Both the position numbers and the translations under genes were made by a program. Source: a virus. From it: DNA of 63,520 nucleotides. The DNA lies in IMG/VR virus record IMGVR_UViG_3300030613_000001, positions 1 through 63,520 of that record; one strand, given 5' to 3'. Positions within the stretch are counted from its first letter, which is position 1. Each line of letters starts with the position of its first letter. The notes under the pieces were generated by a model that saw only the letters and a program-made list of their open reading frames with translations, had not been told where the DNA came from and ran no database searches. This document shows, piece by piece, positions 14,058 through 21,407 of this stretch.

Positions 14058-15382
14058 CCCGCCACCTCCACCCGCTGCATGTCGCAGAAGATCCCGGTCT
14101 GTGACGTGCGGAATTTCGCCATCTCGCAATTTTCAGGCTTAAGCTCTATCAAAATAGAATTGCGCCCATTCTGTTCGGCCACCATCCCGGTGGTACCGCT
14201 GCCGCCGAACGGATCAAGCACGATCCCGCCGCGCGGGCATCCGGCCAGGATGCACGGCTCCACCAGTTTGGCGGGAAAGGTAGCAAAGTGCGCCCCGGAG
14301 AAACCCTTGCACGGAATCCGCCACACGGAGCGCAGGTTTCTTTCTTCCACAACATCCTTTACTGCATTAGAAAACGATTGGTTCTGTTTGTAGCGGCCGC
14401 GCCGGGCACGATGAGATCCTGGACCTGTATCCCAGCCGGTAGGAACCGCCATCTTCGCTTTTGGATTTACCCCAGGCTTTTCCAACATGTGCTCAAATGT
14501 TTTGGCGATGGTCTGCCTTCCAGGGCCGCCGTCGGTATATTTGTGGGAGTTGCTGCGGCCCCGCGCATAGCGCGGATGTGAATCGGGTGATGCGGGGACC
14601 TTAACGGCGTCTTGGTCGTAGTAATACTTGGCGCTTTTTGACAGAAAGAAGAGATACTCGTGAGAATTCGTCGGCCGATCTTTGCAGGACTCCGGCATGC
14701 AATTGGGCTTATCCCAAATAATGTCCTTACGCAGCCACCAGCCATCGGCGCGAAGGGCTAAGGCCGTCGTCCATGGTATTCCGGCCAAGTCTTTAGGTTT
14801 TAGACCTGCACCTTTAGCAATTTTTGGGGGAAGAACGGTCGCGCGGTCGCGACGGAATGATGCTCTATTGCAAGAGTTATCTCCTATTCGGTTACGGCCG
14901 GTTGGATATTTTGGATCGAAAGTCGATCCGTTCCCATGAGGCTGGGTGATATAGCAATCCCCAAGGTTAAGCCAAAGCGTGCCGTCATCCCGCAAGACCC
15001 GGCGTACTTCACTAAAAACGATAACGCTGTGATCAACGTAAAGCTCCGGGGTAGGCTCCAGTCCGTATGCGCAAATGTGGGTCTTCTTGTTTGGCGCCCA
15101 AACAATCCCTCTATTATCGGCACGCACTTTTATTCTAAATTTCCAGTGCTTGCGCTTGTTGCCTTTTTTTGGAAGGTTGAAATCAGACCATGAACCTGAC
15201 CAAAGAACCTGCATCTCCCAACCTCCATACCGGCGCAGGCCCCAGTAAGGTGGACTCGTAATGCAACAGTTCACCGACTCGGCCGGCATCGCGCGTAGCA
15301 TTTCAAGGCAATCTCCCTGGCGTATTTCAACTGTCATTATACCGCTATGCCTATCTGCTCGATCATTCCGTGCTTTTTCCAT
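14054..15382 (-). CDS. DNA methyltransferase, N4-cytosine/N6-adenine beta class (442 aa)
   Basis: Motif IV CITSPPYWGLR precedes motif I VLDPFGGSGTTGMVA (beta-class order); typical N-4/N-6 methylase domain. Confidence 0.9.
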   Translation of the reverse strand: MEKARNDRADRHSGIMTVEIRQGDCLEMLRAMPAESVNCCITSPPYWGLRRYGGWEMQVLWSGSWSDFNLPKKGNKRKHWKFRIKVRADNRGIVWAPNKKTHICAYGLEPTPELYVDHSVIVFSEVRRVLRDDGTLWLNLGDCYITQPHGNGSTFDPKYPTGRNRIGDNSCNRASFRRDRATVLPPKIAKGAGLKPKDLAGIPWTTALALRADGWWLRKDIIWDKPNCMPESCKDRPTNSHEYLFFLSKSAKYYYDQDAVKVPASPDSHPRYARGRSNSHKYTDGGPGRQTIAKTFEHMLEKPGVNPKAKMAVPTGWDTGPGSHRARRGRYKQNQSFSNAVKDVVEERNLRSVWRIPCKGFSGAHFATFPAKLVEPCILAGCPRGGIVLDPFGGSGTTGMVAEQNGRNSILIELKPENCEMAKFRTSQTGIFCDMQRVEVAG

Positions 15383-15617
15383 CTGTTATCGTTTTCAGCC
15401 GGATGATCAGGCTGCGGTCAACGTACCTGTTGCTCGCACAATTTGAAAAATCACTCTGCTTTACCCATCCGCCGCGGGAGTCATAAAACGATCCGCTGAA
15501 GATATGCGCATCCATCGGCCTGTCTTCGAACGACCGCAGCGCGTTCTTCTCGAACTCCGATTCCGGGCTGATCACCAGCTGCACCGTCCCGTCCTCAATA
15601 TAGATTGCAGTTTTCAT
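15363..15617 (-). CDS. Hypothetical protein (84 aa)
   Basis: ATG 15617 after AGAGAGGA. Confidence 0.6.
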   Translation of the reverse strand: MKTAIYIEDGTVQLVISPESEFEKNALRSFEDRPMDAHIFSGSFYDSRGGWVKQSDFSNCASNRYVDRSLIIRLKTITDGKSTE

Positions 15618-15643
15618 GACCACTGTCCTCTCTTGCTATTCCT

Positions 15644-15991
15644 TCAATCGTCCAGGTTCTCGGGCAGGACCAACATGCCCTTCAATGCTCTCTGGGCGAT
15701 AACACTGATTCTTGAGTGCCCTATCTTCGCAGCTTCGCCACGGATCAATTTCAGACCATCAGACATGATATCCAGCTTCGCTTTCAACGCAGACATGGGA
15801 TGCTCGGGACATTTTTCGATGTGCTCTTTCAGAACATCGGCCATAGACATCGGGGTCGATTCTCGCGGCCCGTATCGGTGGCCACAGTACACACAGTTGA
15901 TGTACATGCCGGAGAGCAGATCGTTAACCCATTGTTTGAGTTTTGCATTCTCGTCCAATAGTTGCTTGGTTGCTTCATTCGGGTCGGTCAT
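15644..15991 (-). CDS. Hypothetical protein (115 aa)
   Basis: ATG 15991 after AAAGAAAGGA; motifs CVYCGH...EKCPEHP. Confidence 0.6.
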   Translation of the reverse strand: MTDPNEATKQLLDENAKLKQWVNDLLSGMYINCVYCGHRYGPRESTPMSMADVLKEHIEKCPEHPMSALKAKLDIMSDGLKLIRGEAAKIGHSRISVIAQRALKGMLVLPENLDD

Positions 15992-16007
15992 TTTTATGAT
16001 CCTTTCT

Positions 16008-16230
16008 TTACTCCCTACGCGCGATCGCGGCATTGGCCCAAAAGACAGCTTCTTCTATCTTGGTAAGGGCGAGCGACGCCTCGCGGCTCTCCGGGCAATG
16101 CTTTCCGATCAGGATCGCCCATGATGTGCCCCGCGTGCCGGATATCCTGGTACTTCTCATTCTGCCCTGCCTTCGGCGCATGGTACGTGAACCGGTTCTC
16201 CAACTCTTTAGGATCTATCATTAGTTCCAT
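16008..16230 (-). pseudogene. Frameshifted small conserved phage gene (+1 shift near GGG 16118..16120)
   Basis: Frame A: MELMIDPKELENRFTYHAPKAGQNEKYQDIRHAGHIM, then junk. Frame B from 16118: AILIGKHCPESREASLALTKIEEAVFWANAAIARRE, stop at 16008. Together they fit a small phage protein pattern (F-x-YH-x-P ... P-x-SRE-x-S-L-A-L-T ... W-A-N-A-x-I-A). Confidence 0.55.
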
Positions 16231-16231
16231 C

Positions 16232-16429
16232 CTATTTTTTCGGTATCAGCGAGCATTTACCCACCCAGCGCTTGCGCGCCGCTGCTTCCGGTTCTACCCA
16301 TCCTCCCGGGTCGCCGGGGTCCAAACTCGGAGACCACACATATCCGCCGGGAATATTCGCGGGCCGGGGCGGTTCGGTCTCGCTCATCCAGTCACTAAAC
16401 TTTTCCGGCGTCACCGCCATCCGTCCCAT
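16232..16429 (-). CDS. Hypothetical protein (65 aa)
   Basis: ATG-initiated track ORF; start uncertain (alternative ATG at 16420). Confidence 0.5.
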   Translation of the reverse strand: MGRMAVTPEKFSDWMSETEPPRPANIPGGYVWSPSLDPGDPGGWVEPEAAARKRWVGKCSLIPKK

Positions 16430-16493
16430 ATTTTTTCATCGCCAGGCCATGCAAAGACTGGCCCGGCAAATTTGTGGAATAAACGGGCATCTT

Positions 16494-16730
16494 TTAAATT
16501 GTGCATCTGCCTCTAACATCCAATCCATCTCCATCCCTCGCTTTTTCTATGGTTGGCTTGTAAATCGTCTTCCAGCACCACTCGGATACGAACACCCGCC
16601 GGTGCCCGAAATCTATCTCGCTGCGCGGAAGGCGCACTTCCATTCCGGTCGCGGCGTCAATCACCGTCACCTGGCGTTCCGTCGTCGCCGCGATCCCGCT
16701 GATCTCCCGGCACAACATGGTTCTCGCCAT
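16494..16730 (-). CDS. Hypothetical protein (78 aa)
   Basis: ATG 16730 after GGGGGTGG; GC3-rich codons; overlaps the tail of the upstream ORF by 74 nt. Confidence 0.55.
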   Translation of the reverse strand: MARTMLCREISGIAATTERQVTVIDAATGMEVRLPRSEIDFGHRRVFVSEWCWKTIYKPTIEKARDGDGLDVRGRCTI

Positions 16731-16923
16731 CGGCCACCCCCACAGAGGGGACGTTCATTCCAGGTTTGTCTAAATATTTGCCCCAATCCATTCCGCTCGG
16801 GCATGGCGTCGCAAGCACCTCAACCCGGCCGGTTTTGAAATTCATCCGGTTACGCAAAGCATCCCACGCCATTTCGCTGATGGGGCTGGGCTCTTCGTCC
16901 TGGATTCTGTATGGATCCATCAT
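16657..16923 (-). CDS. Hypothetical protein (88 aa; 3' end uncertain)
   Basis: ATG 16923 overlaps the TraR-like stop; the C-terminal 25 residues overlap the next gene and look non-coding. Confidence 0.5.
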   Translation of the reverse strand: MMDPYRIQDEEPSPISEMAWDALRNRMNFKTGRVEVLATPCPSGMDWGKYLDKPGMNVPSVGVADGENHVVPGDQRDRGDDGTPGDGD

Positions 16924-17135
16924 TGCTCGCCGGCCTCCCACCTCTGCTGGCACGAAACGCACCGGGGGCACCCTGGCAGGGCCTTCCGCCGGGCCGCCGG
17001 GATCTCCTCGCCGCAGTCCACGCACTCGGGCTCAGGCTCCCGCAGCAGGCGCGGCCTCAATCCTTCGCGCGCCTGCTCGATTGCCTTCGCCGTGAAATAC
17101 TCCGCCCGCTCATTCGCCTCGTCGATGATGTCCAT
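16920..17135 (-). CDS. DksA/TraR-family C4 zinc-finger protein (71 aa)
   Basis: CVDCGEEIPAARRKALPGCPRCVSCQ is the TraR/DksA C4 finger. Confidence 0.8.
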   Translation of the reverse strand: MDIIDEANERAEYFTAKAIEQAREGLRPRLLREPEPECVDCGEEIPAARRKALPGCPRCVSCQQRWEAGEQ

Positions 17136-17138
17136 GCC

Positions 17139-17372
17139 CTACCTCGCCGCCGCCATCCGCCGCCAACTGTACTGATGCCACTTCTCAAGCGCCGCCTTGA
17201 ACGTCAGGTCGAAATGCAAAAACGCCTGGAAGTCGCACGGATCGGCGCTTAACCGCTGCCATTCACGAAATGCAAGATCAATGAACTCCTTCGGCAACTC
17301 GCACTCGGACGTCACCACCTCGCACTCGATCACTATGTCCTCTTCCGGATCTATCCGCAGTTCGTCCGTCAT
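17139..17372 (-). CDS. Hypothetical acidic protein (77 aa)
   Basis: ATG 17372 overlaps the C5-methyltransferase stop (ATGA). Confidence 0.6.
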   Translation of the reverse strand: MTDELRIDPEEDIVIECEVVTSECELPKEFIDLAFREWQRLSADPCDFQAFLHFDLTFKAALEKWHQYSWRRMAAAR

Positions 17373-19099
17373 TGCGCACCGCCCGCGGCAGCCAATCCCG
17401 CCGCAGCATCCATGTTGGCAATTACAATGGCATAGGCATCCGGCGGGGGAACAGAGTTGCCGCACAGCCTCACCTGGTCCGTCTTCGTGATCCTTTTGCC
17501 GGCCACCTCGATATCGATCTTGTATTCGTCCGAAAACCCCTGCGCGCGGAAAAGCTCCCGAGGCTGAAGCATCCGCATCCCGATATCCACGATCACATAG
17601 GGCTCGCCCTGGATCGTGACCGTCACAAGGCCCATGCGGTCTTTCGTGGTTTGGGTATGCAGAGGTTCGGAGAGACGCGGATCCTGGTCGGTGCCGTAAT
17701 ATTTGAGCAGGAAAGCCCGCACCTCGCCGTAATGCTGCCCGGTCTGGATGGTGTGCAGTGGCTCCTGGACCGGCTGTCCGTCCTTGCTGGTGCCTTTGAA
17801 CTTGACGATGTGGGATGTTACGAGCTGCTGCTGGGTGCCACGGTGAACTATGGTTGACAGCGGGACATCGACCGGCCGCCCCGGACCGTCATAGAAACCG
17901 CCGTTGTGTTGGGCCATGAAGGCGGTCACCAGCGCAGCCTTGCCGCCACCGCCGGCCGTGATCGTTCCGATGGGTTGGTCGGCCGGACTGCCGACGCTCT
18001 GCCCGAAATCCCGGTGGATGTGCGCGGTGACCAGGGCGTGCTTGTTGCCCTGGGTGGTAATCGTATGAAGCGGTTCGTCTACACCGTGGCAGGGCTTCTC
18101 GCCGAAGTTCTGCTTGACGATGGTGGCCGTGACAAGCGCATGCTTCTGCCCGCCGGCCACCACGGTGCCGAGCGGCTTTTCGAGTCCGGGAACACGCGGC
18201 GCCTGGCCCTCGCGTTCGCCGTAGCCGGTTTGCACCAACGTCGGTGCCACCAACGCAAACTCGCCCCGATGGGCAGTCGTGACCGTGCGTAACGGCTCAT
18301 CGATTCCATGCACGCGACCCTCTCCGCCCGCGTGCGTGATCGGCACAATGAACGTCGATGCCGCATCGATCACATAGCGCTTGATCCCGGCCGCGATCCG
18401 CCGCAGCGTGTTGTCGGCGAGTGGCTTCTTGCGCTCGAAAATGCTCGGGCACGGCAGCGACCAGTCGATGCACTCTGCCGCCGTGCGGTAAGGTATGCGC
18501 CCGGGGCCGTGAGTAGGCGCAGGCCAAACGATCGGGGCCCCGTCGCACCGGGCGACCAGAAAAAGCCGCTTGCGGATCGTCGGGGCACCGTAGTCGCAGG
18601 CCTTCAACTCGCGCCGCTCCACCTTGTACCCCAAACGCCGCAGCGAGCGCACAAACGCGCAGAAGGTGGTTCCCTTCTGGCTCTTGATGATGCACCCGGT
18701 CCGGTCCAGAGGTCCCCACTGCACGAACTCCTCGACGTTCTCCAGGATGATCACGCGGGGTCTCACTTCGCGGGCCCACTTCTCGACCACCCAGGCGAGA
18801 TCCCGGCGCTTGCGGTCGCGGTTGGGCGGGCCGCCCTTGGCCTTCGAGTGATGGGTGCAGTCCGGGGAGGACCACAGCAGCCCCACCGGCCGCCGGCGGG
18901 TGGCCCAGCGCGGCGGCACCTGCCAGACGTCCTGCTGCAGGTGTCGTGTGTGGGGATGGTTCGCCGCGTGCATGGCGAGCGCGATCGGGTCGTGGTTAAT
19001 CGCTACATCCGGGTCCCGGCCGAGCGCCAGCCTGATCCCCGTCGAAGCCCCGCCGCCGCCCGCAAACAGGTCGACTATTATCTCTCCTGGAAGAAGCAT
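17369..19099 (-). CDS. DNA (cytosine-5) methyltransferase with an expanded, repetitive target-recognition region (576 aa)
   Basis: Motif I DLFAGGGGAS, motif IV SSPDCTHHS, motif VI ILENVEEF, QGFSDEY, motif X GNSVPPP. Seven tandem modules ([DE]xPLxTxT...ALV) lie between motifs VIII and IX. ATG 19099 after GTGAGGA. Confidence 0.9.
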   Translation of the reverse strand: MLLPGEIIVDLFAGGGGASTGIRLALGRDPDVAINHDPIALAMHAANHPHTRHLQQDVWQVPPRWATRRRPVGLLWSSPDCTHHSKAKGGPPNRDRKRRDLAWVVEKWAREVRPRVIILENVEEFVQWGPLDRTGCIIKSQKGTTFCAFVRSLRRLGYKVERRELKACDYGAPTIRKRLFLVARCDGAPIVWPAPTHGPGRIPYRTAAECIDWSLPCPSIFERKKPLADNTLRRIAAGIKRYVIDAASTFIVPITHAGGEGRVHGIDEPLRTVTTAHRGEFALVAPTLVQTGYGEREGQAPRVPGLEKPLGTVVAGGQKHALVTATIVKQNFGEKPCHGVDEPLHTITTQGNKHALVTAHIHRDFGQSVGSPADQPIGTITAGGGGKAALVTAFMAQHNGGFYDGPGRPVDVPLSTIVHRGTQQQLVTSHIVKFKGTSKDGQPVQEPLHTIQTGQHYGEVRAFLLKYYGTDQDPRLSEPLHTQTTKDRMGLVTVTIQGEPYVIVDIGMRMLQPRELFRAQGFSDEYKIDIEVAGKRITKTDQVRLCGNSVPPPDAYAIVIANMDAAAGLAAAGGAQ

Positions 19100-19104
19100 G
19101 TTCC

Positions 19105-19266
19105 TCACCCGCACAGGAGCGCCATCATGCCAAGCACCATGACCGCGCACAAAAACAGAACGCCCAGCAAATTCTTGATAACCTCGCCCGGCGTCACCCT
19201 TTCATCGGATCCGGTGTCGCGCATCCAGTGTCCGCGCTCGTAGACGTAGCTGATAGGCGTGCTCAT
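19105..19266 (-). CDS. Micro-protein with a C-terminal TM segment (53 aa; not in ORF track)
   Basis: Hand translation: MSTPISYVYERGHWMRDTGSDERVTPGEVIKNLLGVLFLCAVMVLGMMALLCG. The ATG overlaps the upstream stop (ATGA) and the stop lies 3 nt before the methyltransferase start codon (inside its SD). Confidence 0.5.
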   Translation of the reverse strand: MSTPISYVYERGHWMRDTGSDERVTPGEVIKNLLGVLFLCAVMVLGMMALLCG

Positions 19267-19451
19267 GCCGGCACCTCCGGGCAGCTTTTATGCTTGTCGG
19301 TGAACTCGCGTAGGACTTTCAGATAATCGTCAACCGGCATCGGAGTCGCAATCTTTTCAAAAAATCCGCACCGCTCGCACCCGACCCCAAACGGCCGCCC
19401 GCCGCGGCCATCGTGTGCGTAGATCCATTCGACTCTTGGCTTAATGCTCAT
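19263..19451 (-). CDS. Hypothetical protein (62 aa)
   Basis: ATG-initiated track ORF, ATGA-coupled on both sides. Confidence 0.6.
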   Translation of the reverse strand: MSIKPRVEWIYAHDGRGGRPFGVGCERCGFFEKIATPMPVDDYLKVLREFTDKHKSCPEVPA

Positions 19452-19627
19452 ACCGCCCCCACCTGCGCCCGATCCGGCGGCAGTGCCGCGAACTGGCGAT
19501 CGAGATCGGCCAGAACCAACGCTCCGCAGGCTTGGCAGTATGTGTGGCTAACATCCACCTCGGCCTTGCCGTCATCGATGGGCGGACCGGTTTCGATGCC
19601 GCACGTCATGCAGATCCGCAGGATCAT
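19448..19627 (-). CDS. Zinc-ribbon micro-protein (59 aa; not in ORF track)
   Basis: Hand translation: MILRICMTCGIETGPPIDDGKAEVDVSHTYCQACGALVLADLDRQFAALPPDRAQVGAV (CxxC...CxxC); ATGA-coupled to both neighbours. Confidence 0.5.
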   Translation of the reverse strand: MILRICMTCGIETGPPIDDGKAEVDVSHTYCQACGALVLADLDRQFAALPPDRAQVGAV

Positions 19628-20016
19628 TTTGCCGCCCCTTGGGATGATAGGCCGTTCGCCTTTCTTGATCTTTTAACAACCGCGAGCGCCGCAAGCCCTC
19701 CGCCCAGCAGAAAGATGGACGCGGCCTCGGGTACGGGCTGCGGGGTTACGGGAATCACGGGGATAACAGGAACCACTGGAAGCCCTGGTACATCGGGCAT
19801 GAAGGGCGCGTCGGGCTTCACCGGTACGACGGGCTTCAGCGGAAGCTGCGCGTAGTAGCCCAGGTTCGGTTTGTGGTGATGATGGTGATTCCCACAGAAC
19901 AAGTTGAAATTCTTGCCGAAGTTCTTTTTCAGACCGTTCAGGTTGAAAAGCGATGCATCCGCCGGTAATGCGAAAACTGCCAGGATCAATAAAATAACGA
20001 GCGTTACCTTCTTCAT
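19624..20016 (-). CDS. Secreted Pro-rich protein with a PEP-CTERM-like sorting tail (130 aa)
   Basis: AGGAGGAAA SD before ATG 20016; signal peptide MKKVTLVILLILAVFALPADA; His5 run; proline-rich repeat; C-terminal VPEAASIFLLGGGLAALAVVKRSRK (PE-motif, TM, basic cluster). Confidence 0.7.
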   Translation of the reverse strand: MKKVTLVILLILAVFALPADASLFNLNGLKKNFGKNFNLFCGNHHHHHKPNLGYYAQLPLKPVVPVKPDAPFMPDVPGLPVVPVIPVIPVTPQPVPEAASIFLLGGGLAALAVVKRSRKANGLSSQGAAK

Positions 20017-20051
20017 GGATTTCCTCCTATTTTGCATCGGGGAGCCGATCA

Positions 20052-20456
20052 TCAGAATCCAATCCCCAGCCCGACGCTGAAATTGTTGATCACGCAAGCG
20101 CCCGACACCCCGATAAACACGTACTGCGCCCAGGGCCTGTACGCCGCCGGCAGCACGTGCACGAGGGCCGTCTGCGCTATGTACCCGCCGATGAACATGG
20201 CCGCCACCTTCCCCTCGGACGGATGGTCGCCGATCAGCGGGTTGCGCTCGTGGTAGTTCTCGGGTTCCCGGGCGATCTTCAGCGTTTGCGAAAAATCCAC
20301 CAAATAGAGCGAAGTCCAGACGGCATGCCGGGTGATGTCCGCATCGCTCCATTCATCGAAAGCCAAGGTTTTGTTCACACCGACGGCCGCGCCGACCGCA
20401 CATGCGATGACGATGCATACGATGACCGTGCGTACCTGGTGCAAATGCTCATTCAT
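20052..20456 (-). CDS. Membrane-associated hypothetical protein (134 aa)
   Basis: GGGGAGGA SD; N-terminal TM segment VIVCIVIACAVGAAVGV. Confidence 0.65.
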   Translation of the reverse strand: MNEHLHQVRTVIVCIVIACAVGAAVGVNKTLAFDEWSDADITRHAVWTSLYLVDFSQTLKIAREPENYHERNPLIGDHPSEGKVAAMFIGGYIAQTALVHVLPAAYRPWAQYVFIGVSGACVINNFSVGLGIGF

Positions 20457-20498
20457 GGCTTGTCCTCCCCGCGCTGTCTTACCTTCGTCTTACGTTTT

Positions 20499-20519
20499 GA
20501 GGCCCTTCGCGCGGGCCTC
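20499..20519 (+). terminator. GC hairpin in the intergenic gap, terminator-like only in + orientation
   Basis: GAGGCCC ttcgcgc GGGCCTC followed by GTTTTCGTCTT on the + strand; sits between two leftward genes. Confidence 0.4.
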
Positions 20520-20539
20520 GTTTTCGTCTTACCAAAGTA

Positions 20540-20749
20540 TTATTTACATCCCGCGCCCAGCCGAATATCTTCGAACCGCACATGATCGATCAGGCTTGGA
20601 TTAGAGCAAATAATAGGAAGGGCCAGCAGGATGCAGCAGCGAACGACATCGGATTTCGACCGGTCCAGCTTCCCAACGGCACCGTTCAGCCAGGTTGCGA
20701 ATTCCTCGCAGCTCTTGAAGTTGTGCACCTCTTCTTTCTTGCCGGCCAC
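20540..20749 (-). CDS. Hypothetical protein (69 aa), GTG start
   Basis: GTG 20749 lies 5 nt after a strong GAGGAGGTG SD. Confidence 0.6.
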   Translation of the reverse strand: MAGKKEEVHNFKSCEEFATWLNGAVGKLDRSKSDVVRCCILLALPIICSNPSLIDHVRFEDIRLGAGCK

Positions 20750-20765
20750 GATTCACCTCCTCGGC

Positions 20766-21005
20766 TCACCCGATGATCTTGAACTTGTGGGAGCGGCTTC
20801 CAGCCGCGATCTTCTTCTCTTTGCCATCCAGGTAACGGCCCCAGTCGTCCCTCGTGAAACGCTTGAACGCGCATCCCCGTCCGCTCTCGACCTGGGGCAG
20901 AAGCAGATCGACCTGGGCCGCAAGCGCGTCCAGGTCGAGAATCGTGCGCTGCTTGAGCGCCTCGATGGATTGCCGGATCAATCTCAGTTCGTCGTAGGTT
21001 GACAT
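20766..21005 (-). CDS. Hypothetical coiled-coil protein (79 aa)
   Basis: ATG 21005. The C-terminal tail KKIAAGSRSHKFKIIG is encoded by a REP-like copy read in a different frame from the other embedded copies. Confidence 0.55.
   Translation of the reverse strand: MSTYDELRLIRQSIEALKQRTILDLDALAAQVDLLLPQVESGRGCAFKRFTRDDWGRYLDGKEKKIAAGSRSHKFKIIG
20787..20810 (+). repeat. REP-like element, copy 4
   Basis: Consensus sequence; read in another frame (IAAGSRSHK) at the C-terminus of 20766..21005. Confidence 0.9.
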
Positions 21006-21066
21006 TGACAATTTTCCGATGTTAATCTATGTCAACGCAAATCCGCGCCCGAGAACCGGGCACGGA

Positions 21067-21309
21067 TCAATTACAAGCGCATTGCTTGGGACATTCAGCC
21101 AACCGCTGAGTGTACTGACCGGGAAACACGTCCTCGACCGAACGGCCGATGCTACGCGCGATTTCGCAGGCCACCGTGAACGACGTGGCCCTGCCGTCCC
21201 GCACCGCATATACGAGCGTGTAGGATACCCCGAGACGGCGCGCGATGACCCTTGCGCCGGCTTCTTTGCGATGGATGAACATTTCGATTTTTCGTTCTTC
21301 GGGTGTCAT
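21067..21309 (-). CDS. Cro-like HTH regulator (80 aa)
   Basis: HTH ARVIARRLGVSYTLVYAVRDG; divergent from the CI-like gene across an AT-rich operator region. Confidence 0.7.
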   Translation of the reverse strand: MTPEERKIEMFIHRKEAGARVIARRLGVSYTLVYAVRDGRATSFTVACEIARSIGRSVEDVFPGQYTQRLAECPKQCACN

Positions 21310-21407
21310 GTCTTATGTCAGTTTTTTTAATAAATTCATTATAAAAAATTCATAACGTAAATTTATATTATTCAATGGCCGGCCATTTGTCAAGAGAAAA
21401 GTGACAT
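21310..21407. promoter_or_regulatory. Divergent lysis/lysogeny control region with TGTCA/TGACA half-sites
   Basis: AT-rich 98-nt gap. TGTCA-N9-TGACA inverted repeat at 21388..21406; additional TGTCA at 21304 and 21316 and TGACA at 21409. 14-bp palindrome AATGGCCGGCCATT at 21374..21387; direct repeats AAATTCAT at 21332 and 21346. Confidence 0.55.

Noticed and set aside
16643-16757. The 74-nt overlap between ORFs 16657..16923 and 16494..16730 as a third frameshifted gene
   Set aside because: The downstream frame has a stop at 16755..16757, and its own GGGGGTGG SD and ATG at 16730. It therefore looks like an independent gene whose start lies inside the poorly coding tail of the upstream ORF.
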